From an uncultured Alphaproteobacteria bacterium (GTDB lineage: Bacteria > Pseudomonadota > Alphaproteobacteria > Rhizobiales > Beijerinckiaceae): a stretch of DNA of 64,000 bases. The notes beneath the pieces are model-generated. The model searched no databases, had not been told where the DNA came from, and saw only the letters and a list, made by a program, of their open reading frames with translations. A program made the position numbers and the translations under genes. The DNA is taken from contig CAWHDV010000008.1 in the NCBI GenBank assembly GCA_963828185.1, positions 126,029 through 190,028 of the forward strand, read 5' to 3'. Shown one piece after another: positions 58,543-64,000 of this stretch; the stretch's first letter is position 1, and every line of letters begins with the position of its first letter.

Positions 58543-60078
58543 TCATTGGAAGTAGTCGGGTTTGCGCAGGTTTTCATGGAACAGCAGCGGCGCCTCCTCG
58601 CTCGCCGGCGGTCGCCGCGGCTTGGCGTCGATGAGGCCGACGATGGCTTTGTAGGAGAGCGCGCCGATCGCCACCGCGCGCGCGGCAGCTGCTTCGACCC
58701 TCTCCTTCGGCAGGCCGCGGATATGGCGGAGCACGCCGAGACAGGTGCGAAAGCCCTGCTGGGGATGGCGTCTTGACGCGATGACGGCGAGGATCAGCGC
58801 CTCCATGTTCGGCCCTGTCGCGGCGGCCCAGGAGCGGAAGCGTTCGGTGGTCCAGGACGCATAACCGCGATGGTCTTTGGGCATGTGCGCCGGATCGGTT
58901 CCATGCGCCGCGCCGCCATAACGGCGCTCATGAGCGGCGACGCGCCGGCCCTTGTGGAAGATTTCGATGGTGCGCTGCGTGACGCGCGCGTCGACCTGCT
59001 CGCGGATCAGGCCATAGGGGACCGAATAGAAAAAGCCGTGAACCTCGATGTGATAATCGATGCCGACGCGCGCCAGCAGCCATTCGGCGGCGACAAAATC
59101 CTCCGCCGGCGGAGAATGAAGCGCTGCTTTCTCAATCGTTTCGAACAATTGCCGGCGACTGACGCCGATCCGGCGCATGACGGCGCCGTTCATCCGCGCA
59201 AGCGCCTCGCCGATGGCGGCGTTGGCCTCGGCCAGCGAGAAGAACGTCCTGTTGCGCAGCCGGCCGAGAATGTAGCTCTGGGCGAAGCGCACGCCGGCCT
59301 CGACCTTGGCCTTGTCGCGCGGCTTGTAGGGCCGCGCCGGCAACACGCCGACGCCGTAATGGTCGGCCATCTTGCCATAGCTGCGGTTGATCTCTGGATC
59401 GTAGAACGAGGCCTTGTTGACGCCGCTCTTGAGGTTGTCGGGTACGATCAGCTTCGGAACGCCGCCGAAAAAGCCGAACATGCGCACATGCGAGCCGATC
59501 CAGTCCGGCAGTTGTTGCGTCCAGGTCGCCTCGGAAAAGGTCAGGTTCGAGGCGCCGAGCACGGCGACGAAAATCTCCGCCTCGCGGATTTCGCCGGTGG
59601 CCGGATCGACGATCGGAAGCTTCTTGCCGGAATAGTCGACGAAGACTTTTTCGCCGGGCTCATGACGCTGGCGCATGGTCGGCGACAGGCGCCGCTCGAA
59701 CTCGCGAAACAGATCGCAAAACCGCGAATAGCCATAGCCCGCCGAATGAGCCTCGCGATATTCCTCCCATAAAATCTGGAGGTTGACGCCAGGCCGCTTC
59801 AACTCCCGCGCCAGCGCCGCCCAATCGGGCTCGGGGCGCAAGCGCTTGCCAGCGCCCACGCCGGCCCGCGCAAACAATCTTTCTTCCAAAACCGCGTCGG
59901 TGAGTTCCGCCGGCAATGGCCAGGAAAGGCCAGCCGCCGCCGCGCGTTTGATTGCGTCTTGAACCGTCGAGCGCGCCACGCCGATTGTGCGGCAGATTTC
60001 GCGCGCGCTCGCGCCGTTCGAATGAAGACGCAGCAAATGCCGCATCTGTCTCATGGTCAGCTCTCTCTTTGCCGGCAT
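58543..60078 (-). CDS. istA: IS21 transposase IstA
   Basis: VFVDYSG, VPDNLKSGV, RDKAKVEAGV; AGGAGG SD before ATG 60078. Confidence 0.96.
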   Translation of the reverse strand: MPAKRELTMRQMRHLLRLHSNGASAREICRTIGVARSTVQDAIKRAAAAGLSWPLPAELTDAVLEERLFARAGVGAGKRLRPEPDWAALARELKRPGVNLQILWEEYREAHSAGYGYSRFCDLFREFERRLSPTMRQRHEPGEKVFVDYSGKKLPIVDPATGEIREAEIFVAVLGASNLTFSEATWTQQLPDWIGSHVRMFGFFGGVPKLIVPDNLKSGVNKASFYDPEINRSYGKMADHYGVGVLPARPYKPRDKAKVEAGVRFAQSYILGRLRNRTFFSLAEANAAIGEALARMNGAVMRRIGVSRRQLFETIEKAALHSPPAEDFVAAEWLLARVGIDYHIEVHGFFYSVPYGLIREQVDARVTQRTIEIFHKGRRVAAHERRYGGAAHGTDPAHMPKDHRGYASWTTERFRSWAAATGPNMEALILAVIASRRHPQQGFRTCLGVLRHIRGLPKERVEAAAARAVAIGALSYKAIVGLIDAKPRRPPASEEAPLLFHENLRKPDYFQ

Positions 60079-60559
60079 CCGGGGCCTCCTGGTTGGAAGC
60101 TCCCGCAATGCCTGATCAGCTGACCCTTGGGGCGTCGTTCTTACACTTCTCCGTTTCCGAAAAAACCGCCGGCGGAGGTGGCCGGCTTCACGTCGGAATG
60201 GTGGCCGGCTTCAGATCGGAACGGTGGCCGACATCAAATCGGAATACATGGCCGGCTTCGCGTCGGAATAGGTGGCCGGATTGAATTGGAATTCGCATGT
60301 TGATGACGGACAAGGCGATCGCCATGCCTGAAACGACGCGCTCTGGCTTTCCTTTTGGCATGAGGTTTCTCGCAAATTGTCTGAAATATGAGCGACCGAC
60401 AACCCGCCCCGTCGAAGGCGTCTCACGCGAGTACGAAACAGGGATGAAAAAGTTCTCGCGTCCGTCCGCTTTCCGCGGCCGATTGACAATTATATCGCTC
60501 CTGTCGGGGGAGAGCGCAGAGCGAATTTGCGCGTCGTTAACCGGCTGACTTGCGAGCCA

Positions 60560-60880
60560 TCAGCGCCGCGACCGTAAAAGGCGGCGCCGGCGAAGCAGGA
60601 TTTTGATGGCGGCGCAGGCCTCCTTGAGGGCGGACGTTTTCTGGCTGGCCTCAACGCTGTCAAACGGGGCGCTCGCGCTTAGGTCATGATCCAGCATCCG
60701 TGCGGCCTTCAAAACCGCTTCCTTGGCTCTCGTCAGGGACGTTTCTGGCATCGGCGATTCACTATGAAGTTGCCAGCGCCAAGTCTCGTTAATACCTTCG
60801 ATGGAACCGATCTCTTCACCGCCATGCGACATGACGAGATAAAGTCCAGGGCGGCCGACCACTTCCGCGATATAAGCCAT
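60560..60880 (-). CDS. Hypothetical protein
   Basis: 106-aa ORF with GGGGGA SD before the ATG; no recognised family. Confidence 0.5.
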   Translation of the reverse strand: MAYIAEVVGRPGLYLVMSHGGEEIGSIEGINETWRWQLHSESPMPETSLTRAKEAVLKAARMLDHDLSASAPFDSVEASQKTSALKEACAAIKILLRRRRLLRSRR

Positions 60881-60922
60881 TATCCCCCCGATTTTTTCGC
60901 GTCGCGACGAGGCGCAAATTCC

Positions 60923-61303
60923 TCAATGGCTTTCGACCAATCTCGCGCTCGCCCGTTCCGCAGCAATCAAGCTTCCGACACGCACGATGAGCCGGTCGTC
61001 CTCGAAGGGCTTTGCGACGATTCCCTTGTCTCTGAAGCCTGACGGCAGATGCTCGCGCCTCTCAGCTGTCACGAAGAAAAACGGAATGCCGCGATCCGCC
61101 AAAGCTTCAGCGACGGCGTCGATGGGGCCGCCGACGATGTTGACGTCGAGCAGGGCGGCGTCGATTTGCGCGCGGCTTGCGAGCGCCACCGCTTCGTCCA
61201 GCGTTCCCGCAGGTCCGATCACCTCATGCCCGTTGTTTTCCAGCAATTCAGCGATGTGATCCGCCAAAAGGAACTCGTCCTCGACGACCAGTATCCGGCC
61301 CAT
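60923..61303 (-). CDS. Single-domain response regulator (FATGY-like class)
   Basis: ILVVEDEFLLA, ALLDVNI, IPFFFVTA, VAKPF. Confidence 0.9.
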   Translation of the reverse strand: MGRILVVEDEFLLADHIAELLENNGHEVIGPAGTLDEAVALASRAQIDAALLDVNIVGGPIDAVAEALADRGIPFFFVTAERREHLPSGFRDKGIVAKPFEDDRLIVRVGSLIAAERASARLVESH

Positions 61304-61399
61304 GATCTCATCCCATCGCAGTAAGAATGCAATATTGCCGCCGCATCGAACTGGCGGCGAGGCGCGAGCGCCGGCGGAGTTGCCGGCGCTCGCCTGAAA

Positions 61400-61825
61400 T
61401 CAACGCTTTGCGGCGATCTCGATCTGCGATTGCAAGGGCTTGAAAGCCTCATCGGCGATCTTGCGCGCCAGCGACGAAATATCCTTCGCCTGGCTGCTCA
61501 GGGCCTGAAACTGCTTGTTGGCGTGCGCCGAGGGCAGGGCGACGACATCGGACAGGGTCTTGGCCTTGGAAAGGGCGCCAGCGAATTCCAGCGTCAATTC
61601 CGCGTTCGCCTTCGCCGCTTCAAATGACTTGGCGGCCAATTCATTCCATCCCTTCGTAAGAATCGAAGAGCTGGCGAAAATAGCGTCGAGGCCACCCTTG
61701 GCGGACGCATTGAATTTATCGAGGCCTTCTTGGCCCTGCTGCAGTCCATTCTTCGCCGCTTCACGGACGGCATTGCCCTGCTTCTCGACGAATTCATTGT
61801 GATTTTGGATAGCGGCGTTCTGCAT
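61400..61825 (-). CDS. Phasin-family (PHA granule) protein
   Basis: Ala/Lys-rich helical protein; FAGALSKAKTLSDVVAL....KQFQAL..QAKDISSLA.K pattern; start MQNAAIQ at 61825. Confidence 0.8.
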   Translation of the reverse strand: MQNAAIQNHNEFVEKQGNAVREAAKNGLQQGQEGLDKFNASAKGGLDAIFASSSILTKGWNELAAKSFEAAKANAELTLEFAGALSKAKTLSDVVALPSAHANKQFQALSSQAKDISSLARKIADEAFKPLQSQIEIAAKR

Positions 61826-62272
61826 GTGATGGAACCCTTGTGCTTGTCTAAATTTTGCGGGCGTATCGTTCACGCCCGGCTGCATGCATTTCAAAACCTT
61901 TGCCGCAGCGCAACAATTTTGTGCAGCGCCGTCGAAGGGCGCGACGCAGCAAGATCGGCCTATGCCGCGCAAAGGCGCGCGTTTGCGGGCTCTCGGCGCT
62001 GGAGCAGAAGGAAGCCCAGGATATTCAATTAATTGTGATCGCCCGCCAGCCTGCGGCGCGAGAGTGAAGTTCAGCAGCCAGTTGGATCGACTGGAACGCC
62101 AGCATTTGCGGGACAGACCGAGTTAAGCCTCAGCTTTTGTTCGACAGTTTTCGGCCGCGCGCGCCAAATCCCGCGGGGTCGCGCGGCCTTTCCGATTCTG
62201 ATGCGATAGCTTATCAGCGCTCGGCGTGCGGGCCGCGCCAATGTGCGGGCTCAGGTATCGAAAGGCGTCGCC

Positions 62273-62812
62273 ATGACTTACATTGACCTTGGATGCGGCG
62301 GCGGCTCAAAGGGCGCGATCAGCGCGGCGCGTGGACGGGCGGCGGCTTCGATCTGCGCCTGCGAGCGGTCGGTCCTCGACGCGCTCAATGAAATCGCCAA
62401 TCTTTCCCGCGGCGAAGATCTTCACGCGGATTGCGGCGCCGACTCGTCGTTCTCGAACGCGACAGCCGAGCGACTTGAATTGTTCCTGGCCGCGGCGAAC
62501 GATTTGGTCGCGGTCCTCAAGAATGAACCCGGGCGACGGCCAGTGGTGAAATTGAATGTTGGTCGCGCGCCTGTGGATGCGGAACTGAAGGCGCGGATCA
62601 GCAAACTTACGGAGCGCCAGAAGCATGTCTTGCGGCTGGTGTTACAGGGTTTGCAAAACAAGGCCATCGCGTTCCAGTTGAACATCACCGAGACGACAGT
62701 GAAAGCGCATGTCGGGACGATGCTAAAAAAAATGGGCGTGTACAGTCGTGCGCGGGCTATCGCCCTTTGCGCCAATGTCGATTGGGAAGAAATCGTCGCG
62801 CTGGGCGATTGA
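62273..62812 (+). CDS. LuxR-family HTH transcriptional regulator with an atypical N-terminus
   Basis: LTERQKHVLRLVLQGLQNKAIAFQLNITETTVKAHV; start at MTYIDL inferred. Confidence 0.85.
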   Translation: MTYIDLGCGGGSKGAISAARGRAAASICACERSVLDALNEIANLSRGEDLHADCGADSSFSNATAERLELFLAAANDLVAVLKNEPGRRPVVKLNVGRAPVDAELKARISKLTERQKHVLRLVLQGLQNKAIAFQLNITETTVKAHVGTMLKKMGVYSRARAIALCANVDWEEIVALGD

Positions 62813-62841
62813 AGGCGTCAGCCTGCGCGCCGCGGCAAATT

Positions 62842-63228
62842 TCACTCCGCCGCCCAGGCTCGCATTTCCGGCGACGTGGCCCTGGAAATGGAATCGAACA
62901 AGCCTTCAGCGGAGAACGGCTTGGCGAGATAGTCGCGCGCGCCGAGTGCGAAAGACGCGGACCGGAAAGCGTCGTCGCCCCGTCCTGTCATGACGATGAC
63001 CGGGCAGTCGGGAGCAAGCTTCGCAACCTCGGCCAGAAGGTCGAGACCGCTGCGGCCGCCGGGCATTTCGACATCGGTCAGAATGCAATCAATCCGCATA
63101 GACGCCCTGTGTTGGAAGAATTCGGAAGCCGAGGAAAAGCATTTTGCCTCGTAGCCTTCGGTCTCAAGCAACATTTCTATGGCGTTGCGCGTAATGGCGT
63201 CGTCGTCGATCACACAGATAGCGCCCAT
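62842..63228 (-). CDS. Single-domain response regulator (FixJ-like receiver)
   Basis: ICVIDDD, ILTDVEMPG, VIVMTG, YLAKPF. Confidence 0.9.
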   Translation of the reverse strand: MGAICVIDDDAITRNAIEMLLETEGYEAKCFSSASEFFQHRASMRIDCILTDVEMPGGRSGLDLLAEVAKLAPDCPVIVMTGRGDDAFRSASFALGARDYLAKPFSAEGLFDSISRATSPEMRAWAAE

Positions 63229-63849
63229 ATCGATCCTCCCTGCGGACTCAAGACGTCAGGCTGCATGGACAATAGTTGAGGCGCCAGGTGGTTAACGGTC
63301 AATTAACGTACGGTGTCTATCCACATAAATCGTGCAGCAAAGCAAATCAGTCACAAATAAAACCGCGTCCTGAATCAAGGAGATAAAGCAGAATCGTAGC
63401 AATCGACTTCAGCGATCACATGATATTGAACGCAGGATGCGGCAATAGGCCTGGGCCGGTTTTTGTTTGCGGCGAACAGCTCAGCTAAAGATAAATTGCG
63501 CTCAAGTCTATGCTTGGCGCGAGCGCTCGAAGAGGCATTGCGGCGCCGGGTAAGTCGTTGCCGCCCTTTTGCCACTCCCGGTGGAACATTGCAAAAACCT
63601 TGGTTCCTCGCTGCGACAGACATTGCGTGAACGCGCAAATGTTCCCTCGCCAAGCTCCTGACACGATCATCGACCTCTGCGGGCGTCGATTCAGCAAGCG
63701 TCATGCGATTGGCGCGGAAAACGGACAAGCGGGGGCTGGAAGGGGAATTCGTGGGGAGCGGTTTGCGTGGGCTGATCGCTGCTTAGCACGCCGAGCGACG
63801 GCGTTGATCAGCAACCGCCGAACCTTCGTCGTTCTTTATATTTCGCCAG

Positions 63850-63874
63850 GGAACATCCGAGCGATCCAGTGGTT
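63850..63874 (+). promoter_or_regulatory. Putative EcfG/sigmaT promoter
   Basis: GGAAC-N16-GGTT, about 58 nt before ATG 63933. Confidence 0.55.
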
Positions 63875-63932
63875 TGCACAGCCGTGGCCGTTCGCTCCGC
63901 TGCGGCGATTATCGGGAATTGTGGGGGGCCTG

Positions 63933-64000
63933 ATGGGCTATTCGCTGTTGAGCCGGCGCGTCTTGGTGGTTGAGGACGACATCATGTTGAATGAGGTCTT
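63933..64000 (+). CDS. Response regulator receiver, N-terminal fragment (truncated by the window end)
   Basis: MGYSLLSRRVLVVEDDIMLNEV... Confidence 0.75.
   Translation, partial: MGYSLLSRRVLVVEDDIMLNEV

Larger units (their letters stand above)
57638..60297 (-). mobile_element. IS21-family insertion sequence (2660 bp)
   Basis: istA-istB; TGCG..CGCA termini; arrays of about 22-bp subterminal repeats (CCGGCCACCTATTCCGA-like) at both ends; 7-bp direct repeat TGTTGAT at 57631-57637 and 60298-60304. Confidence 0.96.
57509..60361 (-). pseudogene. 61-aa ORF interrupted by the IS21 element
   Basis: Joining the flanks over one copy of the target duplication gives MPKGKPERVVSGMAIALSVINSHPSVADRVKEYFRGMTLSVKVREKLCELVDHVAQNGLYD* (186 nt). 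Confidence 0.55.

Noticed and set aside
63585-63610. GGAAC...GTTCC inverted repeat as an EcfG promoter
   Set aside because: The spacing (N14-15) is too short for the consensus, and no gene start is suitably placed.
63375-63728. ORFs in the 63.2-63.9 kb gap
   Set aside because: There is no SD, family motif or coding-like composition; the region looks like an AT-richer divergent promoter.

Overview
A GC-rich alphaproteobacterial chromosome segment, probably Hyphomicrobiales/Rhizobiales (inferred from a Rhizobiales-type interspersed palindromic repeat, EcfG-type promoters, HWE/HisKA_2 signalling and a phasin). From left to right it holds: two transglutaminase-like genes; a TetR-controlled EmrAB-type efflux pair; a LysR-controlled valine/methylmalonate-semialdehyde cluster; cyoABCD (bo3 quinol oxidase); an Lhr helicase; a secreted PQQ-like beta-propeller; GreA-like, MFS and USP genes; a six-gene Hyf-like complex whose large subunit has no [NiFe] ligands (Ehr type); an alternative complex III + SCO + caa3 oxidase operon divergent from NDH-2; and a signalling block (two PAS kinases, several single-domain receivers, two kaiB-like genes without kaiC) hit by an IS21 element with a 7-bp target duplication. 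The best finding is a fluoride (crcB-motif) riboswitch, with a sigma70-type promoter and a predicted SD-sequestering hairpin, directly upstream of the Ehr operon; no Fluc/CLC-F exporter gene is visible in the window. Eight frameshift sites in seven otherwise intact genes look like homopolymer sequencing errors. Several long ORFs in the supplied track are artefactual fusions. All calls come from motif recognition by eye; no database searches were run.
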